Sequence record: MZ779063.1
Length of the DNA stretch: 64,000 nt
Strand: one strand, 5' to 3'
Positions within the stretch are counted from its first letter, which is position 1. Each line of letters starts with the position of its first letter. This document shows positions 47,499 through 55,342 of the stretch, one piece after another. The translations under genes were made by a program, and so were the position numbers. A model generated the notes under the pieces. It was not told the DNA's origin and did not search any database. It saw nothing but the letters and a program-made list of their open reading frames with translations.

Positions 47499-48131
47499 AT
47501 GAATACAGAACTAAGCAAATTAAGTTTAGAAGAGTTGAGTGATTTAAAAGAAGAAGTCAATAGATTTTTTAATAACGATTTATTTAAATTTCCTAATGCA
47601 GGAATCACATCTAATTTATCTTTACCTGCAAAGTATTATAATCTTTTATTAGTTAATATTATAGAAGACAGTAAACTAAAATTTACTTTATACGGTATCG
47701 ATATGATTATTTTTGATTTAGATACATTAGAAGTATCAATGAGCGATAAATATGAACACAATATGGGTTTAGCTGAAGAAACTCTAATTTCTAATTATGA
47801 AGGATTTACTGAAAAAGACAAATTTTTAGATTCTATAGAAGATGAGAAAAATATACTAAAAGATAAATTTATATTTGAAAATAATATTAGTTCTATTAAT
47901 AAAGAAATAGAAAATATTGAATCATTATTTGGTATCAAGTTTAAATTTATCGAAGATTTTGATGGTTATAAATTAGAAAGAAATCAAGATAATGAAGATA
48001 CAGAAGAAACTGAAAAAGAAAATATAATTGAAGATAATAAAATTGCTAAAGAAAGTAATGAACATGAAATTACACATAGTAAAAAAGATTCTTTAATTAA
48101 AAGAATAATTAAGAGAGTGGTGAAATTTTAA
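47499..48131 (+). CDS. hypothetical protein
   Basis: AAGGAG RBS. Confidence 0.75.
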   Translation: MNTELSKLSLEELSDLKEEVNRFFNNDLFKFPNAGITSNLSLPAKYYNLLLVNIIEDSKLKFTLYGIDMIIFDLDTLEVSMSDKYEHNMGLAEETLISNYEGFTEKDKFLDSIEDEKNILKDKFIFENNISSINKEIENIESLFGIKFKFIEDFDGYKLERNQDNEDTEETEKENIIEDNKIAKESNEHEITHSKKDSLIKRIIKRVVKF

Positions 48132-48731
48132 ATGACTGAAGAAAAATTACCTGCATTAAATATTATTGCTTCTGCAGTAACTACTACACCTAAGACTAAT
48201 ACAGAATTTATTAATATGACATTTATGGTAGATAACCCTAAATTTAAAGATATGTATTTAGAATTTTCTGATATTGATTTATCAGAAGTATTTAAAAACG
48301 AAATGCTTAAAGAAGCTTATGAAAACGGTCAATTAGCAGAATATACTAAAATTGATCAGACTTTAGATAATTATAATATTAGAATGATTAAAGATGATAC
48401 AGTTATACAAATACAACGTATTAGAGATTACTTTGAAGAATTATCTGAATATGCTGATAAATTAATATTCTGGGTTGATGAGATTACTTTATGGTCTCAG
48501 TTAATAGAATTAGTTTATGGAGGTTCATCAGATAACACATATGAATTACCTTCATATATTGACTTCCAACCTATTGACATAAAATCAGTAGTTAGAATGT
48601 CAGCTATAAGAGATAATGATTATTCATATGCAGAAGAATTAATGGGAACAAGTGAATCACTAACAGATTCATCTTTATCAATTTCATCATTCTTATTAAC
48701 ATTCATTAAAAATGCTGGAATATTAAAATAA
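48132..48731 (+). CDS. possible inactive DEDD (Rv2179c-like) exonuclease-fold protein
   Basis: MYLEFSDIDLSEV and FWVD..LW..LIEL.YG..LPSYIDFQPIDIKS resemble Rv2179c-like nucleases, but the catalytic DxE is replaced by ASA. Confidence 0.35.
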   Translation: MTEEKLPALNIIASAVTTTPKTNTEFINMTFMVDNPKFKDMYLEFSDIDLSEVFKNEMLKEAYENGQLAEYTKIDQTLDNYNIRMIKDDTVIQIQRIRDYFEELSEYADKLIFWVDEITLWSQLIELVYGGSSDNTYELPSYIDFQPIDIKSVVRMSAIRDNDYSYAEELMGTSESLTDSSLSISSFLLTFIKNAGILK

Positions 48732-48736
48732 ATTTT

Positions 48737-48750
48737 TAAATATATATTAT
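48737..48750 (+). promoter_or_regulatory. early-type promoter TAAATATATATTAT
   Basis: Exact copy; hairpin 48756-48784 follows. Confidence 0.7.
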
Positions 48751-48801
48751 AAAGATGTATTAGTAATGGAATATTATTAATATAAATAATTTAAATGGAG
48801 A

Positions 48802-50052
48802 GTGTCAGATATTATGTTAACAAATTTTAAAGATCATTTACACAGAGGCGGAAACCTTTCAGTTTCAATTTATACTTTATTTACTAGAAAGAATAAAAAT
48901 ACTGGTAATGCTATTAATGGTGAGTATATTAACACGTATCAATCAAGTCAATATAACGGTGTTCCTTTCTTAAGTGAAATTGAAAATAATGGTAATCATT
49001 ATATTTCTTTCTCTTATAACAAATTTCAACAAGGTCAAGCACCTATTCGTGAAGATGTATTAATTAGTTATCCACATTTACAAGAATTTAATAATTTCTT
49101 AAAAGCAACTTATACAAGTATTAGTGAGAATTTTAATAATATTTTCTCTAATAATCAAGTTAATCCAGATTATCAACAACATATTTGGCAATCACCAAAA
49201 TTAGTATCTGGTAAAGAAATTGCTATTGCTCCTGCAGTAATTCAAAATAATAGAACTAATAATTTTGAAATTGGTTTTAATATTATGGTAAATGATACTA
49301 ATAAATATGATTTTGTATCAGCTAATACATTTATCAGTTTAGTTAATTTATTAGTTAGAATTACTAATGATCCATTAACATTCAGAAATCAATGTGTGCA
49401 AGCAGAAATGCAAGCTAAAGAAATTGAAAATAATCAACTATTAAAAGGATTATTAAGAGCTCAAGGTTTACCTACAGACATGAGTAATCATCATATGGAT
49501 GAAAAATCAGCTCAAGGCAATGCTCCACGTAATAATAACTTTAATAACAACAATGGTGGAGGTTTCAATAATAATAATAATCAATTCGGTAATTTCGGTG
49601 GTAATAAAGGAAATTTTAACCAAGCTCCACAACAACAAAATAACTTTAATCAACAGCAACAGAGTCAACCTCAAGGAAATCCTTTTGGAAATTTTAATCA
49701 ACCTCAACCACAACAGAATCAACAACCAGCACAACAAAATGATAACCCTTTTAATGTAAGTCAACAACCAGTACAACAAAGTAGTAGTAATCCATTTGAT
49801 GCTGGTCAAACGGATCAAATTAGTGATGATGATTTACCATTTGAAACTAAAGAAACACCACAACAAGATGATAGACAAATTGATAAATCTAACATGTTTA
49901 AAGATGCTGAAGTTAACAAAGAATCAGGTTCTTTAGAAGACTTATCAAATACAGTAAATAATGAAAGTGAAGGTAAAGCTAGTTCTTTACTAGATGATTT
50001 CATTAAAAAAGGTAAAGAATCAGAACAAGAAGATGATGATTTAGGAATTTAA
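48802..50052 (+). CDS. putative single-stranded DNA-binding protein
   Basis: Globular N-terminal domain, G/N/Q-rich linker, NPF..ISDDDLPF SSB-type tail (internal) and acidic end DDDLGI; start may be ATG 48814. Confidence 0.55.
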   Translation: MSDIMLTNFKDHLHRGGNLSVSIYTLFTRKNKNTGNAINGEYINTYQSSQYNGVPFLSEIENNGNHYISFSYNKFQQGQAPIREDVLISYPHLQEFNNFLKATYTSISENFNNIFSNNQVNPDYQQHIWQSPKLVSGKEIAIAPAVIQNNRTNNFEIGFNIMVNDTNKYDFVSANTFISLVNLLVRITNDPLTFRNQCVQAEMQAKEIENNQLLKGLLRAQGLPTDMSNHHMDEKSAQGNAPRNNNFNNNNGGGFNNNNNQFGNFGGNKGNFNQAPQQQNNFNQQQQSQPQGNPFGNFNQPQPQQNQQPAQQNDNPFNVSQQPVQQSSSNPFDAGQTDQISDDDLPFETKETPQQDDRQIDKSNMFKDAEVNKESGSLEDLSNTVNNESEGKASSLLDDFIKKGKESEQEDDDLGI

Positions 50053-50062
50053 GAATTAAATA

Positions 50063-50106
50063 ATATATGGTCTAATATGGATAAATATCTGTATTAGATC
50101 ATATAT
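50063..50106 (+). terminator. long hairpin terminator
   Basis: About 21-bp stem with G-U pairs, followed by a T-rich tract. Confidence 0.65.
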
Positions 50107-50136
50107 ACCTTTTATTTTTTATAAAAAATAAATAAA

Positions 50137-50988
50137 GTGAGTGAATATTATATGGCAAATAAAAAGGATCTAAGTGAGTTAGAAAGAATTATAAGTAGTA
50201 TGGACACTATTGACGTTAGAGAAGTTTTTAAAGATGTAAGAAGTTCAGATAATGTTAATGAAGAAGATGATCTAAATTCATCTAAATACAAAGGCGATAT
50301 TAAAGGTTTAGTAACTAAAGAAGAGTATGAAAATCTTCCTTATTTAGGTAAACGTGCTATTCAGTTTATGGAAAATATTGCAGCTGATAAAGAAAATTTA
50401 GATTTTGAATCTTATTTTGAAAGATATGCAAAAGCATATGGTAAAGATGAAATTGATTCATTTAAAAACACTATGTATAGACTTAAAAGTAGTAAGGTTT
50501 TTACAATACAATCATTAATGACGATTACCGAAGCTATTGACTATAAAGTTCATATAATAACTGAAGAATTTAAAGGTATGGATGAATTAAGATTATATGA
50601 ACCTAAAAGAAAAGTTAAATCTTCTAGATTTATGGGTAAATTAAATTTTGATTTAATGCCAGATGTTATATATGAAGACTTTATATTGGAGTTTGTAGAG
50701 TTTTTAGAAGAATTAGGAAAAGAAGGATATACATTTGAAATGTTATTTGGAGAACTTGAAAATAATTCTGATGAGAAAAATCCTATAAGCAAAATTAAAT
50801 CATCTATGGATAAAATGATTAAACAAGGTAAACTAACTTGGAAAACTATGGAAACTATAACAGAGTCTCTAGGTATGAGTATCAAAGTTGATTTTATAAA
50901 AGAAGTTATTGACACTGATGAAGTTAATAAAATTGATGCATCTAATCAAATACATCTAGAAGATGATAATATAATTCATAAAAAATAA
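50137..50988 (+). CDS. putative DNA-binding protein with two XRE-like HTH repeats
   Basis: FTIQSLMTITEAIDYKVHI and LTWKTMETITESLGMSIKV repeat the XRE C-terminal helix-strand pattern. Confidence 0.45.
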   Translation: MSEYYMANKKDLSELERIISSMDTIDVREVFKDVRSSDNVNEEDDLNSSKYKGDIKGLVTKEEYENLPYLGKRAIQFMENIAADKENLDFESYFERYAKAYGKDEIDSFKNTMYRLKSSKVFTIQSLMTITEAIDYKVHIITEEFKGMDELRLYEPKRKVKSSRFMGKLNFDLMPDVIYEDFILEFVEFLEELGKEGYTFEMLFGELENNSDEKNPISKIKSSMDKMIKQGKLTWKTMETITESLGMSIKVDFIKEVIDTDEVNKIDASNQIHLEDDNIIHKK

Positions 50989-50994
50989 AATATA

Positions 50995-51026
50995 TCCCCT
51001 AACCTTATTAATTTAAGGTTAGGGGA
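50995..51026. terminator. bidirectional terminator at the +/- block junction
   Basis: TCCCCTAACCTTA/TAAGGTTAGGGGA perfect 13-bp stem. Confidence 0.8.
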
Positions 51027-51042
51027 ATTTATATCATTTTTT

Positions 51043-52713
51043 TTATTCTGTAGCTTCTTCTTCTGGAGATTCTTCTACTTGTGAAGTAGAAATATTAATA
51101 TTAATATCTTTACTTATACTGTCAGAAATAACATTAACTTTAGCAGTTCCTGCAGCTTTAGCAGTCACGAGTCCATCGTTATTAACTGAAGCAAATTCAG
51201 AACCTTCAGTAATAGAATAACTTACAGGGTTTCCTTTAGGATCTGTAGTTACATTTAATTGTTGAGTTTCATTGTCTTTCATATCAATACTATCAGGAGT
51301 AACTGTTAGACTTTTAGTCTTTACTCTAGTTACATTAACATTAACTGTCTTACTAATAGAATCAGAACTTACTTTAACTTTAGCAGTTCCTACAGTTTTA
51401 GCAGTTACAAGACCACTATCATTAACTGAAGCAAATTCAGATCCTTCAGTAATAGAATAACTTACATTGTTTGTAGATGGTTGAATTTTAACGTCTAACT
51501 GTTGAGTTGATTCTGCATCTATGTTAACTTCTTCTGGAGTAACAGTTAGACTTTTAGTCTTTAAACGACTTACATTAACTTCTACATTTTTAGAAACATT
51601 GTCTGATTTAACTGTCACATTTGCAGTTCCTTCAGAAATACCAGTAATATTTCCTTTATTATCTAATGAAGCAAATTCAGAACCGTCTTTTAATTCAAAG
51701 CTTACTTTTCTTCCTTCAGGTTCAGTAGTAACTTCTAATTTTTGAGTTTCTTCTGCTTCAATATTAACTGTCTCTGGAGTAACAGTTAAGCTTTTAGTTT
51801 GATTGATACTTTCAAATTTTCCGTTTTTAGGATTATAAACGGAATATTCAATTTTTTTATCAATTTCGTTTTGTACTGTTTCTTCACTTAATATGCGAAT
51901 ATTGAAATTAACAATATTATCTTGAATACTTCTCTCATGTACTTTAACTAAGACTTCACCAGTTTTACTAAAGAATAATAAACGATTTTTATCTGATTGG
52001 TATCTAGCATAACTTTCATCACTAATATTTACAGATAATAATTGTAAAAGGTTTTCTTTAGCTACAGGAGTAACTTCTTTAGTATCGAAATCTTTATAAC
52101 CTAAGATTTTATCTAAAGGTAAAACAGATTCTTTAAGAACGTTAATATCTTGTTGTAATTGAACAAGACGTCCTGTAAATTTACCGTATTCTTTAACTTT
52201 AATAAAGATTGAATCTTTAACACGTTCAAAGATATTTTTATGTCCTTCAGAAATAGCAATATCATACTTTTCTGAAGCATCTTTAGGGAAGTATAATTTA
52301 AGTTCATATTCTTCATTAACTTCTAAATCAGAAGTAGGTAAACTTAAAATTTCAGATTTAACATCTTTAGCAGTATAAGTTTTAACTACAGACTTATCTG
52401 AAAGTTTGATTAAGTCAAATTTTAATAATCCCAATACATCACGAGCATCTACAGGATTAATATAGAAAGGTACATTAATAAACTTACCAGTTTCTCCTTC
52501 AGATTTGAAGTAAACTGTTCTTCTATCATATTTAATTTTACCAGTTTCAGGAAGAGGTTGAACATCAGTAACAGTCCAACCAGCTTGTTTTAAGCTAGCT
52601 AGATCATTACTAGAAAGAATAACGTTTTCACGAGGTCCACGTTCACCTAAACCTAAAAATGGAATTAATTTTTCATCTAATAATTTTACTTTAAAGTAGT
52701 TAGTAGTAGCCAT
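51043..52713 (-). CDS. virion protein with three Ig-like (BIG2) domains
   Basis: Three TKSLTVTP..(V/I)..L.V..SV...G.VTA...GTA.V.V repeats. Confidence 0.85.
   Translation of the reverse strand: MATTNYFKVKLLDEKLIPFLGLGERGPRENVILSSNDLASLKQAGWTVTDVQPLPETGKIKYDRRTVYFKSEGETGKFINVPFYINPVDARDVLGLLKFDLIKLSDKSVVKTYTAKDVKSEILSLPTSDLEVNEEYELKLYFPKDASEKYDIAISEGHKNIFERVKDSIFIKVKEYGKFTGRLVQLQQDINVLKESVLPLDKILGYKDFDTKEVTPVAKENLLQLLSVNISDESYARYQSDKNRLLFFSKTGEVLVKVHERSIQDNIVNFNIRILSEETVQNEIDKKIEYSVYNPKNGKFESINQTKSLTVTPETVNIEAEETQKLEVTTEPEGRKVSFELKDGSEFASLDNKGNITGISEGTANVTVKSDNVSKNVEVNVSRLKTKSLTVTPEEVNIDAESTQQLDVKIQPSTNNVSYSITEGSEFASVNDSGLVTAKTVGTAKVKVSSDSISKTVNVNVTRVKTKSLTVTPDSIDMKDNETQQLNVTTDPKGNPVSYSITEGSEFASVNNDGLVTAKAAGTAKVNVISDSISKDININISTSQVEESPEEEATE
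51085..51800 (-). repeat. three tandem Ig-like domain repeats of about 80 aa
   Basis: Recurring gaagcaaattcagaa and aacagttagacttttagt DNA blocks. Confidence 0.8.
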
Positions 52714-52736
52714 TCTTAGAATTCACTTTCCTTTCT

Positions 52737-53288
52737 TTATTTTTCTAATAGTAAATCAATTAAATCTTGTTTACGAGCATTTTTATTATACTCAATTCCT
52801 TTAGAATCTAATTCTTCTTTAAGCTCAGCTACAGTGAATTCATTTAAATCTTCTTCTGTAACCTCAACTTCTTCAGAATCTTTTTCTTCTACTTTCTTAT
52901 CTTCTTTTTCATCGATAGTAGAAGCTTCTTCTTCAGAACTTTGTTCTTCTTTAGTTTCTTCTTTTACTTCGTCTGATACTTCGCTATCTGTTCCTTCATC
53001 CACTTGCTTCTCTTTGCTGCTGCTTTGTTTTTCTTGTGATTGCGTATCATTTGATTCAGAAACTGTTTCATTTTTATCTTCACTTTTATCTTCTTTTTTA
53101 TTTGATTTATCGCTTGGATATACATAGTCTTCATCAACAATTGTTACTTGTAAACCTAAACGTCTAAATAAACGAATTTGTGAACCTGAAGCACGGAAAG
53201 GTTTAACAAAAGGACCTTTACCTTTACCAGGTACAAATGCTTTTTCATTAATAATAATGAAATTATTATCTTCATTGAAATTTAACAT
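52737..53288 (-). CDS. late protein with acidic linker and C-terminal HeH/Rho-N-like domain
   Basis: DLNEFTVAELKEELDSKGIEYNKNARKQDLIDLL; N-terminal motif shared with neighbouring virion genes. Confidence 0.7.
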   Translation of the reverse strand: MLNFNEDNNFIIINEKAFVPGKGKGPFVKPFRASGSQIRLFRRLGLQVTIVDEDYVYPSDKSNKKEDKSEDKNETVSESNDTQSQEKQSSSKEKQVDEGTDSEVSDEVKEETKEEQSSEEEASTIDEKEDKKVEEKDSEEVEVTEEDLNEFTVAELKEELDSKGIEYNKNARKQDLIDLLLEK

Positions 53289-53360
53289 AAATTAGTAATC
53301 TCCTTTACCATATTTTATTTTATAAATAAAAGTTAAGGAAGGATCTTATAAAAATCCTTC

Positions 53361-54158
53361 TTAACTAAATGTTCCCCATGCGTTACCAATACGTTGTCCT
53401 TTACCATTTGATTTACCAATTGGCACGTATACATATTGTCCCTTAAATTTACCTGAAACCCAGATAAGACCATCAAAGTCTTGGATTTCTTCGTATTTAA
53501 TAGAGTCGCCTTTTTTCATGAATGGACCTGTAGGCCATCCAGTCCATGGACCATTTTTACGAGTAATAATTCCTGAAGCAACATTACATTTGAAAGTAGC
53601 TTTTTCAGTTTTCCATAGAATACCTGCTGAATTACGTTTCCATTTAGCAGATGTAACAGCTTTCTTAGGAGCTGCTTTCTTAACTACTTTTTTCTTAGGA
53701 GCTGCTTTCTTAGTAGTTGCTTTTTTAGTAGCTGTACTACTAAAGGCTGGACGAATTACTCCCCAAAATCCTGTATAATCATGGAATACTTTAGCTGCAG
53801 GTGAACCATTGCTACCTGCGTTAAACCAGTTTTGGTCAACTGAATAGAAATTGTTTAAGTTAGCTGAAGTAATAATACCTGTATGACCATAAACATCATA
53901 TGGAGGATTAGCCCAAATAGCTATATCTCCTGGTTGAGGTAAGAATGATGGAGTATTTTTAATAAGTTTCCATCCTGAAGGCATTGTATTATCTTTAAGA
54001 TCTTTAGCATTACCCCAAGGCCAGAATTTTCCATCAGTTAAATAGTGACAATAACCAATAGTCAAATCCATACATTGAGCACCATAAGCTCCATCCATGT
54101 CAAGTCTACGACCAATACGATTATTAACCCAATTCAAAGCTTGAGTTTTAGTTTTCAT
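53361..54158 (-). CDS. endolysin: CHAP plus SH3b (SH3_5)
   Basis: YGAQCMDL catalytic Cys, YGHTG catalytic His, DQNW; K/A-rich linker; lysostaphin-like SH3b. Confidence 0.92.
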   Translation of the reverse strand: MKTKTQALNWVNNRIGRRLDMDGAYGAQCMDLTIGYCHYLTDGKFWPWGNAKDLKDNTMPSGWKLIKNTPSFLPQPGDIAIWANPPYDVYGHTGIITSANLNNFYSVDQNWFNAGSNGSPAAKVFHDYTGFWGVIRPAFSSTATKKATTKKAAPKKKVVKKAAPKKAVTSAKWKRNSAGILWKTEKATFKCNVASGIITRKNGPWTGWPTGPFMKKGDSIKYEEIQDFDGLIWVSGKFKGQYVYVPIGKSNGKGQRIGNAWGTFS

Positions 54159-54200
54159 ATTTTATTCAAACCCTTTCGATAATTTTTATTTATTTCTTTA

Positions 54201-54212
54201 TATTTAGTTGTT
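54201..54212 (-). promoter_or_regulatory. late promoter AACA-N6-TA
   Basis: Minus strand AACAACTAAATA, 43 nt upstream of 54158. Confidence 0.6.
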
Positions 54213-54250
54213 CTTTTATAAAAATAATATGTTTCATAATAGTATAAAAA

Positions 54251-54293
54251 TATATACCCTAACGAATCTTTAATATGATCGTTAGGGTATATA
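54251..54293 (-). terminator. terminator between the two lysin genes
   Basis: TATATACCCTAACGA/TCGTTAGGGTATATA 15-bp stem. Confidence 0.75.
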
Positions 54294-54323
54294 AAATTAT
54301 AATTTAAATTATAGAATCATTTA

Positions 54324-55274
54324 TTAGCTAAATGTTCCCCATGCTGGACCAATACGTTTACCGTTACCATTTGATTTACCCACTGGTACGTATACATATT
54401 GTCCCTTAAATTTACCTGAAACCCAAATATATCCGTTAAAATCTTGGATTTCATCATATTTAATAGTGTCACCTTTAGACATACGAGGACCTTGAGGCCA
54501 TCCAGTCCATGGACCATTTTTACGAGTAATAATTCCTACAGATACACCACATTTGAAAGTAGCTTTTTCAGTTTTCCATAGAATACCTGCTGAATTACGT
54601 TTCCAAGTAGTTGAAGTTTCAGTACTTGTTTTCTTAGGTTTAGCAGGTGCTTTAGTTGTAGTAGTAGATTTAGTCGCTGTTGAAGTTTTAGCTGTAGAAG
54701 TAGCACCATTTTTCATATAAGCTAGAACCTTTTTATCTACATTAGAAACACTACGAGACATACCGCATGCAGCTAATAAGTTACCTGGATCTTGTTTGTC
54801 TGCTTGAATATCTTGATGACCTGGCATATTTGTACTTGCATTAACTTTATATTCTTTACATAAGAAAGCAAGAATACGACAATAGTTATCAAATGATTTT
54901 AATGAACGACTTCTATTAGAGAAGTAACATCCTTCAACACCAATAGCACCGTCATTAGCATCAATACCATACCAAGCATTATCAGTTGGTGTATTATACA
55001 TAACATGCCATGCTTTTTCATCTAAAGGAACACAAATAATACATTCTTTATCATCAACAAAAATATGAGCTGATGCTGTATAGTTCCAATCGATATTATA
55101 TGAATTACGATAGTAATCAACATTATTTTGAGCTGTTGTGTTAGGGTTTCCTGTGTCATGAGCAACAATAAATTTAGGTCCGTTAAGCTTATCTCCAGCT
55201 CTACGAGTACCTATTGGTAAAAAATCAGTATAAACAGGAACACCGTTCCATGTACCGATATGTTTTTTAGCCAT
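54324..55274 (-). CDS. endolysin: N-acetylmuramoyl-L-alanine amidase (Amidase_2) plus SH3b
   Basis: VAHDTGN, SAHIFVD, GVEGC, PGHQDI..DPG zinc-amidase motifs; same SH3b as 53361-54158. Confidence 0.92.
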   Translation of the reverse strand: MAKKHIGTWNGVPVYTDFLPIGTRRAGDKLNGPKFIVAHDTGNPNTTAQNNVDYYRNSYNIDWNYTASAHIFVDDKECIICVPLDEKAWHVMYNTPTDNAWYGIDANDGAIGVEGCYFSNRSRSLKSFDNYCRILAFLCKEYKVNASTNMPGHQDIQADKQDPGNLLAACGMSRSVSNVDKKVLAYMKNGATSTAKTSTATKSTTTTKAPAKPKKTSTETSTTWKRNSAGILWKTEKATFKCGVSVGIITRKNGPWTGWPQGPRMSKGDTIKYDEIQDFNGYIWVSGKFKGQYVYVPVGKSNGNGKRIGPAWGTFS

Positions 55275-55322
55275 AAAAAATTTCCTCCTTGATATTTATA
55301 TTACTAATTAAAGTAATTTCTA

Positions 55323-55334
55323 TATTTAAGTGTT
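55323..55334 (-). promoter_or_regulatory. late promoter AACA-N6-TA
   Basis: Minus strand AACACTTAAATA, 49 nt upstream of 55274. Confidence 0.6.
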
Positions 55335-55342
55335 CTATATTT

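Noticed and set aside
53361-53381. Lysin C-terminus WGTFS as a member of the tag family
   Set aside because: It lacks the upstream (V/I)-K-x and EKEIK helix and is the normal end of the SH3b domain.
53362-54336. AACA-N6-TA matches at the ends of both lysin genes (53362-53373, 54325-54336)
   Set aside because: They arise from the shared G-T-F-S-stop codons. The motif is frequent by chance, so they are not counted as promoters, although the first could drive 52737-53288.
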